DNA of 64,000 bases from Candidatus Omnitrophota bacterium (GCA_023819145.1 JAMWCW010000007.1:16876-80875); one strand, 5' to 3'; positions 1 to 10,972 are shown, counted from the stretch's first letter. Program-made: numbers and translations. Notes: generated by a model from the sequence alone, not told the origin.

Positions 1-1010
1 TTGTTTTTTATTATATCACAGATAAAATAATAAGTCTTTTCTTGATTTAAATCTTTCTCGTCTATAAAAAAAAGACTGTTTCTTTGGCTATAATAGAGCG
101 CATTCAGAAACTGGTGCTTTTCGGCATAAGGATAGGGAATTACAACTGCGGGTTTGGCAAAAAAAGATAACTCATTCAAAGTAGAAGCACCTGCCCTTCC
201 AATAACTAAGTCCGCTGAGCTATAGAGGGCTCCCATATCTTCATAGAAGGGAAAAACTTTAGCAAGGATACCTAATTTTTTATACCTTTCCGCTACCCAT
301 TCTAAATCCTTTAAACCAGTAAGATGAATAATCTGTATTTTAATATTTTCTTTTATTATCTTCTCACATAGATTAAGAAAATAATTATTGATAACGTTTG
401 CCCCCTGACTACCTCCTAATATAAGAATAGTAAAAAAAGAGGCTTCAAGTCCAAGACTGGATAAAGCTTTTTCCCTATCCATAACTAATAAGTCCGGTCG
501 AAGAGGATTACCGGTAAATATAAGCTGGCTTCTTCTAAGATATTGTTTCGTATCTTCAAAACTAACCGCTATTACATTGGCAAAATAAGAAAGCAAACGA
601 TTTGCTTTGCCCGGATAAACATTCTGTTCATGAACTAATGTGGGTATGCGCAATAAGAAAGCAGAAAGAATCAAGGGTAAAGAAAGAATTCCTCCAAAGC
701 CCACTACTACTCGAGGATGAGAAAGTAAAACCAACAAGAACGAATAGATAACCCCTCGTATAGTATTAGAAATGAACCTAAACCATTCACAAAATCCTCC
801 CCTTTTAAAAGGAAAAATAGGAATGATTAATATCTTGATATTAGGAATTTTCTCTTTAATATAATTAGCTATCCTCTTTTCTTCAGCTCGCCCAGAAATA
901 ACAAACATAATCTCAAAAGATTTCTTTCTTTTTTGCATTTCGTAAACCAAGGCAAAAGCCGGAAAGAGATGTCCTCCACTTCCCCCTCCAACTACTAATA
1001 TTCTTTCCAT
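1..1010 (-). CDS. murG: Undecaprenyl-PP-MurNAc-pentapeptide GlcNAc transferase (3' end runs off the window)
   Basis: Not in the ORF track. ATG at 1010 gives MERILVVGGGSGGHLFP, followed by HEQN, TGNPLR, GGSQGA and GRAGAST motifs. Directly follows ftsW. Confidence 0.95.
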   Translation of the reverse strand, partial: MERILVVGGGSGGHLFPAFALVYEMQKRKKSFEIMFVISGRAEEKRIANYIKEKIPNIKILIIPIFPFKRGGFCEWFRFISNTIRGVIYSFLLVLLSHPRVVVGFGGILSLPLILSAFLLRIPTLVHEQNVYPGKANRLLSYFANVIAVSFEDTKQYLRRSQLIFTGNPLRPDLLVMDREKALSSLGLEASFFTILILGGSQGANVINNYFLNLCEKIIKENIKIQIIHLTGLKDLEWVAERYKKLGILAKVFPFYEDMGALYSSADLVIGRAGASTLNELSFFAKPAVVIPYPYAEKHQFLNALYYSQRNSLFFIDEKDLNQEKTYYFICDIIKN

Positions 1011-2101
1011 CTAATCCTTTTCTTCTCCCGGGCAATATTTAAAAGCAAAGCAACATAGGCGAGGTTAAAGATGAGAGCAGAACCTCCATAACTGATAAAA
1101 GGCAGGGGCAAGCCTTTCGTAGGTAATACCCCTACTGTAACTCCTATATTAACCAAAACCTGTATAGCTAAAATAGAAATAATCCCAAGGCTAAGGAATT
1201 GACCAAACTCGTCTTGTATCCGAAAAGGTATTTTGAAGGCTTCCCAAAAAAGAATCCCGAAGAGGATTATTACCAAAAGTGCTCCCAGAAGACCTAATTC
1301 CTCCCCCAATATAGAAAAAATAAAATCAGTATGAGCAGCGGGAAGATATAAAAGTTTCTGCCTGCTCTGGCCAAGCCCTCTCCCTAAAATACCTCCTGAA
1401 CCGAAAGCGACTAATGACTGAACTATCTGAAAACCTGTACCCCGTGGATCAGCCCAAGGGTCTAAAAAAGCAAGAATTCTCTTTCTTCGATAGGGGGTAG
1501 AGAATATAGCTATAAAAAGAATAGGCAAAGAAATCAGTATTAAATTGAAAATACATCTCAACCCCACCCCAAAAACAATCATAAAAATTAAAAGAATAAC
1601 TCCTACCAGAAAAGCCGTACCCATATCGGGCTGAATCAAAATAATACCCGCCATCAGAAAGGTAACCAACATTAGAGGAATAAGGTTATAAAAATTACTC
1701 TTTATCAGATTTTTTTTGCGCACAAAAAAATCAGCGGTATACACCAATAGAGAAAACTTTGCTAATTCGGAAGGTTGAAAACTGAAAATACCAAACTTAA
1801 ACCATCTTCTTGCTCCTCCAATAGACTGCCCTATTCCTGGAATAAGCACCGCTATCAGAAGCAAAAAAGAAATCATTATAAGAAGCCTGCTGTATTTTCT
1901 TAAAAGAGAATAATCCCATTGGAGAAAAAAATAGAAAACAAACATACCTAAAAAAAGATAAAAAAGATGCCTCTTTAGATAATAAGCACTATCGTGAAGA
2001 CGCTCGTAGGCGAATACCCCCGAAGCAGAATAAATCATCACTACACCAATGGCAAGTAAAATAACTGTAACAAAAAATATCCTTCTCCTTATTTCGCGCA
2101 T
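995..2101 (-). CDS. ftsW: Cell division SEDS protein FtsW
   Basis: GARRW, FQPSELAK, QPDMGT, LPAAHTDFIF and LPFISYGGS motifs; dcw position. Confidence 0.95.
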   Translation of the reverse strand: MREIRRRIFFVTVILLAIGVVMIYSASGVFAYERLHDSAYYLKRHLFYLFLGMFVFYFFLQWDYSLLRKYSRLLIMISFLLLIAVLIPGIGQSIGGARRWFKFGIFSFQPSELAKFSLLVYTADFFVRKKNLIKSNFYNLIPLMLVTFLMAGIILIQPDMGTAFLVGVILLIFMIVFGVGLRCIFNLILISLPILFIAIFSTPYRRKRILAFLDPWADPRGTGFQIVQSLVAFGSGGILGRGLGQSRQKLLYLPAAHTDFIFSILGEELGLLGALLVIILFGILFWEAFKIPFRIQDEFGQFLSLGIISILAIQVLVNIGVTVGVLPTKGLPLPFISYGGSALIFNLAYVALLLNIAREKKRIRWKEY

Positions 2102-3372
2102 AATGTCTTCTTCAAATTCAAAACTATATTCTTAAAAACTATTCCGCGGTGTTCATAATTTTCAAACATATCAAAACTTGCACACATCGGAGAAAGCAAT
2201 ACTATATCGCTTTCTTTAGCAATCAAATAAGCGTAGTCAACTGCTTCTTCTAAACGCTTAAATTTTTCTACTGGCATCCTCCCTGCCACTGCCTTCTCTA
2301 TCTTTTCCGCTCCTTCTCCAATAAGAATAAGATATTTGACTTTTTCCTGAAGCCAATCGGAGATAATTGTAAAATCTTGTCCTTTATCTTTTCCTCCCGC
2401 AATTAGAATTACTTTTTGTCTAAAGGAACTTAAACTATAACGGGTTGAATGAATGTTGGTGGCTTTTGAATCATTTATGAATTTAACACCACCAAATTCT
2501 GCAACAAATTCGCACCGATGAGGAAGCCCTTGAAAATCTCGAAATATAGAAAGGGTCAACTCTTTGGAGATACCCAAAACAGAACAAATTTTAAGAATTG
2601 CTTTTTGATTATCCGTAAGGCTCTGGTTATCATCATCATTAAAAAATAAAACCTTTGCCTTAGTTTTATCAGCAAAATTTCTGGTAATGGGGTCTTCATA
2701 ATTAAGAATTAAATAATCCGATGCGGTCTGATTTACAAAAATCTTTTCCTTAGCTTTAATATATTCTGCAAAAGAACTGTAACGGTCAAGATGGTCAGGT
2801 GTAATATTCAAAACTACCGCAATGTATGGCTTAAAGGCATTAATATTTTCTAACTGGAAAGAACTGACCTCTAGTACTACATAACTATTGGGGGTTAACT
2901 TATCCAGTTCCCCTGTGAAAGGATTACCAATATTACCACAAACCACATTAGGTATTCCTGCTCTCTCTAACACCTTACCTATAAGGGTAGTTACCGTAGT
3001 TTTACCATTTGTGCCGGTGATGGCGATAATTGGGGACGGGGAAAGGAAATATCCCAATTCTATCTCGCTGATTATGGGAATACAGTTGTTTTTTGCTCTT
3101 TCTAATAATGAAATAGTGGAAGGAATACCAGGGCTGATTACAATCAAGTCCTTTAATTCTACAAAATTGGGGGAGTGTCTTCCAAGCTCTACCTGAAACC
3201 CTTCTTCTTTCAACTGATATGCAAGGTTTCTTAAGTAGGGGGTCTCCTGAATCTCGCTTATCCAAACCTCTGCCCCTATTTTCTTTAAAGTTTTTGCCGC
3301 CGAAAGTCCACTCTTCCCCAAACCTAAAACTAAAACTTTTTTGTTACAAAAACCCCCAACATTTAAATCCAT
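2089..3372 (-). CDS. murD: UDP-MurNAc-L-Ala-D-Glu ligase
   Basis: GLGKSG, ITGTNGKTT, EVSSFQLE, NDSKATN and LLSPMCASFD motifs. Confidence 0.96.
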   Translation of the reverse strand: MDLNVGGFCNKKVLVLGLGKSGLSAAKTLKKIGAEVWISEIQETPYLRNLAYQLKEEGFQVELGRHSPNFVELKDLIVISPGIPSTISLLERAKNNCIPIISEIELGYFLSPSPIIAITGTNGKTTVTTLIGKVLERAGIPNVVCGNIGNPFTGELDKLTPNSYVVLEVSSFQLENINAFKPYIAVVLNITPDHLDRYSSFAEYIKAKEKIFVNQTASDYLILNYEDPITRNFADKTKAKVLFFNDDDNQSLTDNQKAILKICSVLGISKELTLSIFRDFQGLPHRCEFVAEFGGVKFINDSKATNIHSTRYSLSSFRQKVILIAGGKDKGQDFTIISDWLQEKVKYLILIGEGAEKIEKAVAGRMPVEKFKRLEEAVDYAYLIAKESDIVLLSPMCASFDMFENYEHRGIVFKNIVLNLKKTLCAK

Positions 3373-3385
3373 ATCTACCTCTTAA

Positions 3386-4471
3386 TTAACGAATTTTCAA
3401 AGTAGTTAAGCTCAAAAGGGCCAAAATACCGGCAATTATCCAGAAACGAATAATTATCTTGGGTTCTGCCAACTTTTTAAGTTGAAAATGATGATGTAAA
3501 GGTGCCATGAGAAAAATCCTCTTTTTTCTCCAACGAAAAGAAAAAACCTGGAGGATAACAGAAAGAGCTTCCGCTACAAATATACCACCTACAAGAATCA
3601 AAAGAAGTTCCTTTTTTACCATCAAAGCTATGAGACCAATAATACCCCCTAAAGCAAGAGCACCTGTATCGCCCATGAATATAGTAGCAGGGTAACAATT
3701 ATGCCAAAGGAAACCGAGACTCGCTCCCACAAGACAAGCCATAAACACAGTAAGCTCACCTGAACCGGGAATGTAGGAAACCATAAGGTAATGGCTCAAA
3801 CGATAATTGCCGCTAATATAACACATAGCCGTATAAGCCAAACCTACCATTACAATAGAACCTATAGCTAATCCATCCAAACCGTCAGTAAGATTAACAG
3901 CGTTAGACGAACCCACAATAACCAGAATGGAAAAAACAATATAAAAAATACCAAGGTCTAAGAAAATCCCTTTTAAAAAAGGGAATTCCAAATGATGGTC
4001 TATAGCAGGGTCAAAATAGAAAGTTATCCCTACCAAAATCCCAAGGATAATCTGACCTAAAAACTTCCATCTTGGTTTCAATCCTTTAGAATTACCTTTT
4101 ATAAATTTAAGATAATCATCCCAAAAACCAAGCAACCCTAGATAGACTACGGAAAGTAAACTCAAGCGAATATAAGGATTAAAAATATCAGCCCAAAATA
4201 AAGTACTTAAAACAATAGCAGATATTATAGCTATACCCCCCATCCCGGGAGTCCCTTCTTTATGTTTAAAATTATCGTGGAGAATAAAATCCTTTTCATC
4301 GCGTAAAGGCTCTTTTATGCTATGTGTCTTTAATAACTTGGTCAGTCTATAGGTCAATATGAGGCAGATAAAGAAAGCAGTAATGCTCCCAAAAGCAGCA
4401 CGTACAGTAATATAGCGGAATATATTTAGTCCTGAACAAAATGAACGAAAAAAATGAAGAAAATAAAACAT
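3386..4471 (-). CDS. mraY: Phospho-MurNAc-pentapeptide transferase
   Basis: GTPGMGG, DDYLK, NAVNLTDGLDGLA, FMGDTG and MAPLHHHF motifs. Confidence 0.97.
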   Translation of the reverse strand: MFYFLHFFRSFCSGLNIFRYITVRAAFGSITAFFICLILTYRLTKLLKTHSIKEPLRDEKDFILHDNFKHKEGTPGMGGIAIISAIVLSTLFWADIFNPYIRLSLLSVVYLGLLGFWDDYLKFIKGNSKGLKPRWKFLGQIILGILVGITFYFDPAIDHHLEFPFLKGIFLDLGIFYIVFSILVIVGSSNAVNLTDGLDGLAIGSIVMVGLAYTAMCYISGNYRLSHYLMVSYIPGSGELTVFMACLVGASLGFLWHNCYPATIFMGDTGALALGGIIGLIALMVKKELLLILVGGIFVAEALSVILQVFSFRWRKKRIFLMAPLHHHFQLKKLAEPKIIIRFWIIAGILALLSLTTLKIR

Positions 4472-4474
4472 TTT

Positions 4475-5896
4475 TTAAGATACGACGATTTTATCTATTT
4501 CCATTACCCCTTTTACAACTTCTTCCATACGCATTCCCCGCGAACCTTTAACCAATAACACATCACCATCATTTATAGTATCTTTAAGAAATTCTATAAT
4601 CTCTAGGTGCGAATTAAGATGTCTAATTTCTCTAATTTTTGCTAATGAAGTTGCCACTTCGCTTATCTCTTGGGAATAATTACCTAAAGTCAACAAAATA
4701 TCTATATCTTTATTACTCCCTAGAAACAAACCTATCTCCCGATGACATTTATAAGAATAATTACCTAATTCCAACATATCCGCCATTACTACAATCTTTC
4801 TCCCCCCCGTCTTAAAACAAGAGAGTGCTTCAATTGCAGACATTACAGAGTTTGGATTAGCATTGTAAGTATCATCTATAACAATGAATTCTTCTTCTTT
4901 ATTAAGACTGGCGTTTTTCTTTTTTATTCTAAAAATATTCATCCGCATCTTTTGAGGACAGAAATTTTTCAAATGAAATGCCATATCTTTGAGAGAAATT
5001 CCCAAAAGAGCTCCTACTGCTATAGCCGCCAGGGCATTATAAATATTGTGTTTTCCAATAAGAGGAAGATTGAAGTATACATTTCTAACCCTGAACCGCA
5101 CTTCAGCATCTGAACAGAACAAAAACTCTCCCTTAAAATCTGCATCATTTTCTAAACCGAAACTTAGAAGAGATAAATTACTTCTACGCTGCAAAAAATT
5201 TTCTCTTAAAAGAGTTTCATCATTATTAAAAACAATTGTATTATCTCTATTAAAATTACTGACCAGATGCATCTTTTCTTTTAAGACTCCTGAAGTGCTT
5301 TCTAAAAATTCCAGATGGGTTTTTCCGATGTTAGTAAATACTGCTATATTAGGCCTTACCATATCCCGCAAAACCTCCATCTCGCCTTGATGATTTATTC
5401 CTAATTCAAGGACTGCTACTTTATGATAACTATCTATCTCAAGAAGAGTAGAAGCTAATCCAATTTGATTGTTGTAATTGTAGGGAGTCTTCAAAACAGA
5501 AAAAAAAGGAGAAAGTAGATGATAGATCATCTCTTTTACCGTAGTTTTTCCATTACTCCCCGTTACGGCGATAACTGGTAACTTAAACTTACTACGATGG
5601 AAATAAGCAATCTTTCTTAAAGCTTCGAAAGTATCTTGCACCCTAATGATGCAAAATTCGGGATCTTCTCCAATGCTCATTTGACTTTCTACAATAGCTC
5701 CTCTTGTTCCTTTAGACAGAACCTCCCTGATAAAATCATGGCCGTCAAAATTTGGCCCTTTTAAAGCTACAAAAATATTTTCTGCTCTAATTGAACGTGA
5801 ATCAGTGCTAATTCCTCTAAAGACAGTTTTACTCTGGCCCTGGAGCAATTCTCCTTTTGTAATCTTCAAAATTTCTTCCGCTCTTATCTCTAACAT
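4475..5896 (-). CDS. murF: UDP-MurNAc-tripeptide D-Ala-D-Ala ligase
   Basis: STDSR, VTGSNGKTTVKE, DDTYNANP, DMLELG and VKGSRG motifs. Confidence 0.95.
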   Translation of the reverse strand: MLEIRAEEILKITKGELLQGQSKTVFRGISTDSRSIRAENIFVALKGPNFDGHDFIREVLSKGTRGAIVESQMSIGEDPEFCIIRVQDTFEALRKIAYFHRSKFKLPVIAVTGSNGKTTVKEMIYHLLSPFFSVLKTPYNYNNQIGLASTLLEIDSYHKVAVLELGINHQGEMEVLRDMVRPNIAVFTNIGKTHLEFLESTSGVLKEKMHLVSNFNRDNTIVFNNDETLLRENFLQRRSNLSLLSFGLENDADFKGEFLFCSDAEVRFRVRNVYFNLPLIGKHNIYNALAAIAVGALLGISLKDMAFHLKNFCPQKMRMNIFRIKKKNASLNKEEEFIVIDDTYNANPNSVMSAIEALSCFKTGGRKIVVMADMLELGNYSYKCHREIGLFLGSNKDIDILLTLGNYSQEISEVATSLAKIREIRHLNSHLEIIEFLKDTINDGDVLLVKGSRGMRMEEVVKGVMEIDKIVVS

Positions 5897-5901
5897 ATAA
5901 A

Positions 5902-7392
5902 TTATTTACATCTTGAAGAAATACTTTCTAAAAGAAGTTCTTTAGCCACAAGACGGTCATCAAAAGGAACGGTGATATTCTTAAATATCTGATAGGGCTC
6001 GTGTCCTTTGCCCGCAATAAGCACGATATCATTTTCTTCTGCGATAAATATTGCTTCTTTTATTGCTGCATAGCGGTCTAAAATTATCTGATATTGCTTA
6101 AACCCCTCCGGGAAACCACTCTCTATATCTCTAATGATTGCTTCAGGCTCTTCCGAACGAGGATTATCAGTGGTAAGAATTATAAAATCTGCTAACTCTG
6201 AAGCTACTTTACCCATCAAAGGCCTTTTTTCCTTGCATCTATCCCCTCCACATCCAAAAACAATTATTATTCTACCTTTAGCAAGTGTCTTGAGAGAAGA
6301 AAGTACATTCTTAAGCGCGTCATCGGTATGAGCATAATCTATAAATACCTGAAATGGTTGGCCTACATAAACAGGCTCTAGCCTCCCACTTACATAAGAA
6401 ATTTTCTCTATGCCCTCTTTTATTTTATCTAAAGCAAAATTTTCTGTTATTCCAAGAGATATCGCCGCAAGTATATTATACACATTATGCATCCCCAATA
6501 GTGAAGTTTTAATCTCCATCTCTCCATAAGGTGTCCCAACCCAAAAATGGCTTCCTTCTCTCTTCAAAGATATTTCATATGCTTCAACATCAGCAGGATT
6601 ATTTATAGCGTAAGTAATAGTTTTAGCAGAAGTGCGCATAAGCATATCTTTTCCTTTCGTATCATCCATATTAATTATAGCCCATGCAGATTGACTAAGC
6701 TTTTCAAAAAGTTTTGCCTTGGCATTGAAATAATTATCAAAATCTCCATGGTAATCAAGATGGTCTGTAGTAATATTAGTAAATATCCCTGCTTTGAAAT
6801 CTATGGCGTCAACTCTTCCCTGTTGTAAACCATGGGAAGAAACTTCCATAACCACATACTCTATCCCGTCATGTTCCATGTGGAAAAGTAATTCCTGTAG
6901 TTGAAGTGCTCCGGGTGTGGTATTTAAAGCAGGAATTATACGTTGCCCAAAACGATAGTTAATTGTCCCAATCAACCCCGTTTTGAATCCCATAGATTTT
7001 AAAATACTTTCTATAAGGTAAGTAGTAGTAGTTTTACCATTAGTCCCCGTTACACCAATAACTTTAATCCTAGAAGAAGGGCGTTTATAAAAATTAGCTG
7101 CTAATTGTGCCAATATATACCTTGTATCCTTCACCCCGATAAAGATAACATCTTTATATTTCTTAATAAACTCAATCAAGGAAACAGAAATATTATAAAT
7201 AACTACCGTTGCACCTCGTTCTATCGCTTCTTTAATAAAAGATGTCCCATCCTGAGAGTTTCCCTGTACAGCGATAAAAATAAATCCCGGCTTACATTGT
7301 TTGGAGTAGTCAGTAAGTCCCAAAATCTCCACATCTTTAAATATAGGAGCATAATCAATCACCAACCCTTCTAAAACTTCTTTTAGTTTCAT
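5902..7392 (-). CDS. murE: UDP-MurNAc-dipeptide meso-DAP ligase
   Basis: GVTGTNGKTT, MEVSSH, DYAHT and DNPR (DAP-type) motifs. Start placed at MKLKEV (7392) rather than 7428. Confidence 0.95.
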   Translation of the reverse strand: MKLKEVLEGLVIDYAPIFKDVEILGLTDYSKQCKPGFIFIAVQGNSQDGTSFIKEAIERGATVVIYNISVSLIEFIKKYKDVIFIGVKDTRYILAQLAANFYKRPSSRIKVIGVTGTNGKTTTTYLIESILKSMGFKTGLIGTINYRFGQRIIPALNTTPGALQLQELLFHMEHDGIEYVVMEVSSHGLQQGRVDAIDFKAGIFTNITTDHLDYHGDFDNYFNAKAKLFEKLSQSAWAIINMDDTKGKDMLMRTSAKTITYAINNPADVEAYEISLKREGSHFWVGTPYGEMEIKTSLLGMHNVYNILAAISLGITENFALDKIKEGIEKISYVSGRLEPVYVGQPFQVFIDYAHTDDALKNVLSSLKTLAKGRIIIVFGCGGDRCKEKRPLMGKVASELADFIILTTDNPRSEEPEAIIRDIESGFPEGFKQYQIILDRYAAIKEAIFIAEENDIVLIAGKGHEPYQIFKNITVPFDDRLVAKELLLESISSRCK

Positions 7393-7405
7393 TTCCCGCC
7401 CCTCT

Positions 7406-9112
7406 CTAATCCGGAATATCTTCAGCAAGTTTTAAATCTATAGATAAAGAATCAAGATATTTTAAGGCATCGGTGGCTATATTCCTAAAAACTGGTGCAC
7501 AGACTACTCCTCCATAATAGGGATATGGTTCGTCCAAGACCACGCCGATGACTAACTTAGGCTTTTCTAGAGGCACAAAACCTACAAAAGAAGAAACAAA
7601 TTTGCGATGTGAATAAGTCCCATTTTCTACTTTCTGGGCAGTACCTGTCTTACCTGCAGAAATATACCCTTCTACCCTCGCCATTTTACCTGTACCGTAT
7701 TCCACAACTCCTTTTAATACTTGAGCCATCGCTTCGGCAGTAGAAGAAGAAATTACATTTCTTACCTTTTGAGGATAATTAACAACTATGGAAATCCCCT
7801 TACTATCTCTTATTTCCTTTACAATGTAAGGCTTCATAAGAAAACCACCATTGGCAATGACACACATTGCCATCGTTAGCTGAAGAAGCGTAACCATTAC
7901 CTCCTGACCAATAGGAATTGCTCCGATAGAGGTTCTAGATAATTTACTTAAAGGCCTAATAAAACCCTCAGCTTCTCCAGGTAAACCTATGCCTGTTCTT
8001 TTTCCCATTCCAAATGTATAGATATAAGGATAAAGTCTATCTAAACCCATTTTCTGCGCTATCTTTACTGTACCGATATTACTGGAAAAACCAATGACTT
8101 CTTCAAAGGTCAACCAACCATGAGGCTGGTGGTCATGAAGTATATGAGTTTTTAAATTATACGAACCTTTTTCACAAAAAAATTTCTCTTTTAGGTTAGT
8201 CGCTTTCTCCTCTAAAGCTGCTGAGGCGGTAATTATTTTAAAAGAAGAACCGGGTTCAAACATATCAACAATTGCGCGATTGCGTAGTCTATCTTTATCA
8301 ACTACTTCTTGAGGATTATTAGGATTGAAATTTGGATAATTTGCCATAGCCAAAATTTCCCCTGTATAAGGAGAAACTACAACCACCGAACCACCCAATG
8401 CCCCTGTAGCCTTAACTGCTTTCTCCAATTCGCGCTCAGCCATGTGCTGGATTACAGAATCCAAGGTCAGAATTAAATTATAACCATCAACCGGAGGTAG
8501 ATAATCAAAGTCTAAGAAAAAAATTCTCCTTCGTTTAGCATCTTTATTAGAAAGTATATATCCTTTTCTACCCTTTAGTTGTTTATCATAATATAATTCT
8601 ATTCCCTCCAAACCATTGTTATCTATGTCGCAAAATCCCAAAACAGTAGAGCCGTTATTTATCTGGGGGTAATAACGTTTGTTTTCTTTAATTAAATATA
8701 CTCCTTTCAGAGAAAGTTTTTTTAAAGCCACTGTAGCCTCTTCGTTAATCCGACGGGCTATCCAAACAAAATGCTTGTTCTGAGATAATCTTTCTAAAAC
8801 TATTCCTTTATCCAGTTCAAGAACATGCGAAAGTGCCTCTACAGTGGAATGGGGGTCGTCTATTTCTTTCGGATTGGCAAAGACTGAATCCACGGAAAGA
8901 TTAAAAGCAAGAGGTTTTACATTACGATCAAATATAGTACCTCTCTTAGGTTCGAGAGGAATACGCATTTCATACTGGCTCTGGGCAAACTTTGCAAGAA
9001 ATGGTCCACGGAATAACTGGAGATAAATTAAACGGAGAGATAAAAATAATAAACTAACAAGAATAAAAGAATATAATATATATACATACTTTTTCCTACG
9101 CTGCTCTATCAC
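7406..9112 (-). CDS. ftsI: Class B penicillin-binding protein (PBP3/FtsI)
   Basis: N-terminal TM helix; RGTIFDRN, EPGSSFK (SxxK), SSN and KTGTAQK motifs. Confidence 0.93.
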   Translation of the reverse strand: MIEQRRKKYVYILYSFILVSLLFLSLRLIYLQLFRGPFLAKFAQSQYEMRIPLEPKRGTIFDRNVKPLAFNLSVDSVFANPKEIDDPHSTVEALSHVLELDKGIVLERLSQNKHFVWIARRINEEATVALKKLSLKGVYLIKENKRYYPQINNGSTVLGFCDIDNNGLEGIELYYDKQLKGRKGYILSNKDAKRRRIFFLDFDYLPPVDGYNLILTLDSVIQHMAERELEKAVKATGALGGSVVVVSPYTGEILAMANYPNFNPNNPQEVVDKDRLRNRAIVDMFEPGSSFKIITASAALEEKATNLKEKFFCEKGSYNLKTHILHDHQPHGWLTFEEVIGFSSNIGTVKIAQKMGLDRLYPYIYTFGMGKRTGIGLPGEAEGFIRPLSKLSRTSIGAIPIGQEVMVTLLQLTMAMCVIANGGFLMKPYIVKEIRDSKGISIVVNYPQKVRNVISSSTAEAMAQVLKGVVEYGTGKMARVEGYISAGKTGTAQKVENGTYSHRKFVSSFVGFVPLEKPKLVIGVVLDEPYPYYGGVVCAPVFRNIATDALKYLDSLSIDLKLAEDIPD

Positions 9113-9150
9113 ATTAAATAAAAAATTTCTATTAAAACGGTTATAAAAAC

Positions 9151-9528
9151 TTATGGCTTTGCTTCTGCTTCAGACCTACCCGAGAATATTCTAGAAATTA
9201 ATCTATTAACTTTATGCCAGAAAAATGTTGTTTTTGTAAATTCTGAAGATAATAAATTCTCTTTTTTCGATTCGGAAATTATTACTATAGGCTTAGTGTA
9301 TTTGAGGCCTGTGTGTTTTGCCAAAACCTTTCTTTCTAAATAAGAAGGAGATTTTAACTGGGCTACATTGTACTTCAAAATTCGATTCTGGTCAACAAGA
9401 TTATTGATTATTTTCTCTCTCTGCAGAATCTGATAACTCAATTCTATTTGATGAATACTCTGCCATACATATAGAAGAGCAGAAGCAACAAGGATAAAGA
9501 TAACAAAAAGAAATTTTATAATTTTCAT
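9151..9528 (-). CDS. ftsL: Cell division protein FtsL-like
   Basis: Single TM helix plus coiled coil ending LKSPSYLE; lies between rsmH and ftsI. Confidence 0.7.
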   Translation of the reverse strand: MKIIKFLFVIFILVASALLYVWQSIHQIELSYQILQREKIINNLVDQNRILKYNVAQLKSPSYLERKVLAKHTGLKYTKPIVIISESKKENLLSSEFTKTTFFWHKVNRLISRIFSGRSEAEAKP

Positions 9529-10481
9529 CTTATCCTTTCACCTAAACGTAATTTGGCACTCCTTGCCCGCGAATTTTCTGAAATCTCATCACTTTCAGGT
9601 CTAATTGGCTTTTTGGTTAATATCTTAAACAATCCGTTTTTAGCTAACTGGATAAATTTATTCTTAACAATGCGGTCTTCTAAAGAATGAAAAGAGATAA
9701 TAACAATTCTTCCTCCCAAAGAAAGAAGATTGAAAAAATTATCAAGAAAATAAATAAGGTTATCCAACTCGTTATTAACCGCGATGCGTAAAGCTTGAAA
9801 AGTTCGTGTGGCAGGATGAATATGATAACTACGATAATTTTTAGGAAGTGCCCTCAAAATGATCTCTACCAGTTCTGTGGTAGTCTCTATATTCTTTCTT
9901 TTTCGCGCGATAACAATATTGTGGACAATTCTTCTTGCAAAGCGTTCCTGAGCGTTATGCTCCAATATTTTCACTAACCCATCTTCATCCATGTAATTGA
10001 CTAAGTCAAATGCCTTAAGCCTCTGGGTTTCGTCCATACGCATGTCCAATGGTCCACCTGAACGAAAGCTAAATCCCCGTCTGCGGTCTGAAAGCTGATA
10101 TGAAGAAATACCCAAATCAAGTAGAAAACCATCCACTTTCTTTATATGTAAATCTTCTATTATTTTACTAATATCTTTAAAATTCCCCTGAACTAATTTA
10201 AAAGAACCGCTGTATTTTTTTAATCTCTCTTCTGTAATAGAGAAAATATTTCGATCGAGGTCAATTCCTATCAAGAAGCCACCCGGTAATATTTTCCTCA
10301 AAATTTCCTCCGCATGTCCACCGCTTCCTATAGTGCAATCAACGATAGTTTTACCCGGAGAAAGATTAAGATTTTCTATGACTTCTCTCAACAAAACGGG
10401 CTTATGCAAGAAATATTTCTCTGAACCATCATCTCCTATCATAGAACGGCAATAATCATCATTCAATTCTACCTTAATCAC
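9525..10481 (-). CDS. rsmH: 16S rRNA m4C1402 methyltransferase
   Basis: HKPVLL, DCTIGSGGH, DLGISSYQL, PLDMRMD and HPATRTFQALRI motifs. Start is uncertain: GTG 10481 overlapping the mraZ stop, or ATG 10442. Confidence 0.95.
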   Translation of the reverse strand: MIKVELNDDYCRSMIGDDGSEKYFLHKPVLLREVIENLNLSPGKTIVDCTIGSGGHAEEILRKILPGGFLIGIDLDRNIFSITEERLKKYSGSFKLVQGNFKDISKIIEDLHIKKVDGFLLDLGISSYQLSDRRRGFSFRSGGPLDMRMDETQRLKAFDLVNYMDEDGLVKILEHNAQERFARRIVHNIVIARKRKNIETTTELVEIILRALPKNYRSYHIHPATRTFQALRIAVNNELDNLIYFLDNFFNLLSLGGRIVIISFHSLEDRIVKNKFIQLAKNGLFKILTKKPIRPESDEISENSRARSAKLRLGERIR

Positions 10482-10915
10482 TGTCCCAGTAATTTCTCCG
10501 CTGTCTCCTCGAAATAAGGACGAGAATTTTCGTAAAATTCCTTCCATAAATTCTTACTCCAAATTTCTATACGGTTAGAAACGCCGATAATTACAATATC
10601 CTTTCTCAATTCGGCAAAATCTTTTAAATACTGAGGAATAAGTATCCTTCCTTGTGAATCAGGTATTATTTCTTGAGCTCCAGAGAAATATAACCGATTA
10701 AATCTTCTTGCTTCTTGGTGAGTAAAAGAAAGTGTCTTAAAATTTTCTTCCTGCGTTCTCCATTCTTCTTCAGTAAAGAGAAATAAACACTTATCTAAAC
10801 CCCTCGTGAGATAAAATTTCTTTATCCCTTTATCTTTTACTATCTGACGAAATTTCGCGGGTAAGATTATTCTTCCTTTACGGTCAATAATATGGGTAAA
10901 CTCACCGTAAAACAT
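10478..10915 (-). CDS. mraZ: Transcriptional regulator MraZ
   Basis: MFYGEF, DRKGRIILP, DSQGRILIP and RIEIW motifs; first gene of the dcw cluster. Confidence 0.97.
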   Translation of the reverse strand: MFYGEFTHIIDRKGRIILPAKFRQIVKDKGIKKFYLTRGLDKCLFLFTEEEWRTQEENFKTLSFTHQEARRFNRLYFSGAQEIIPDSQGRILIPQYLKDFAELRKDIVIIGVSNRIEIWSKNLWKEFYENSRPYFEETAEKLLGQ

Positions 10916-10972
10916 AAATTTAATCTCCTTAATATATATAGAAAAAATACTGTTTATATTAAATAAGCCAAA

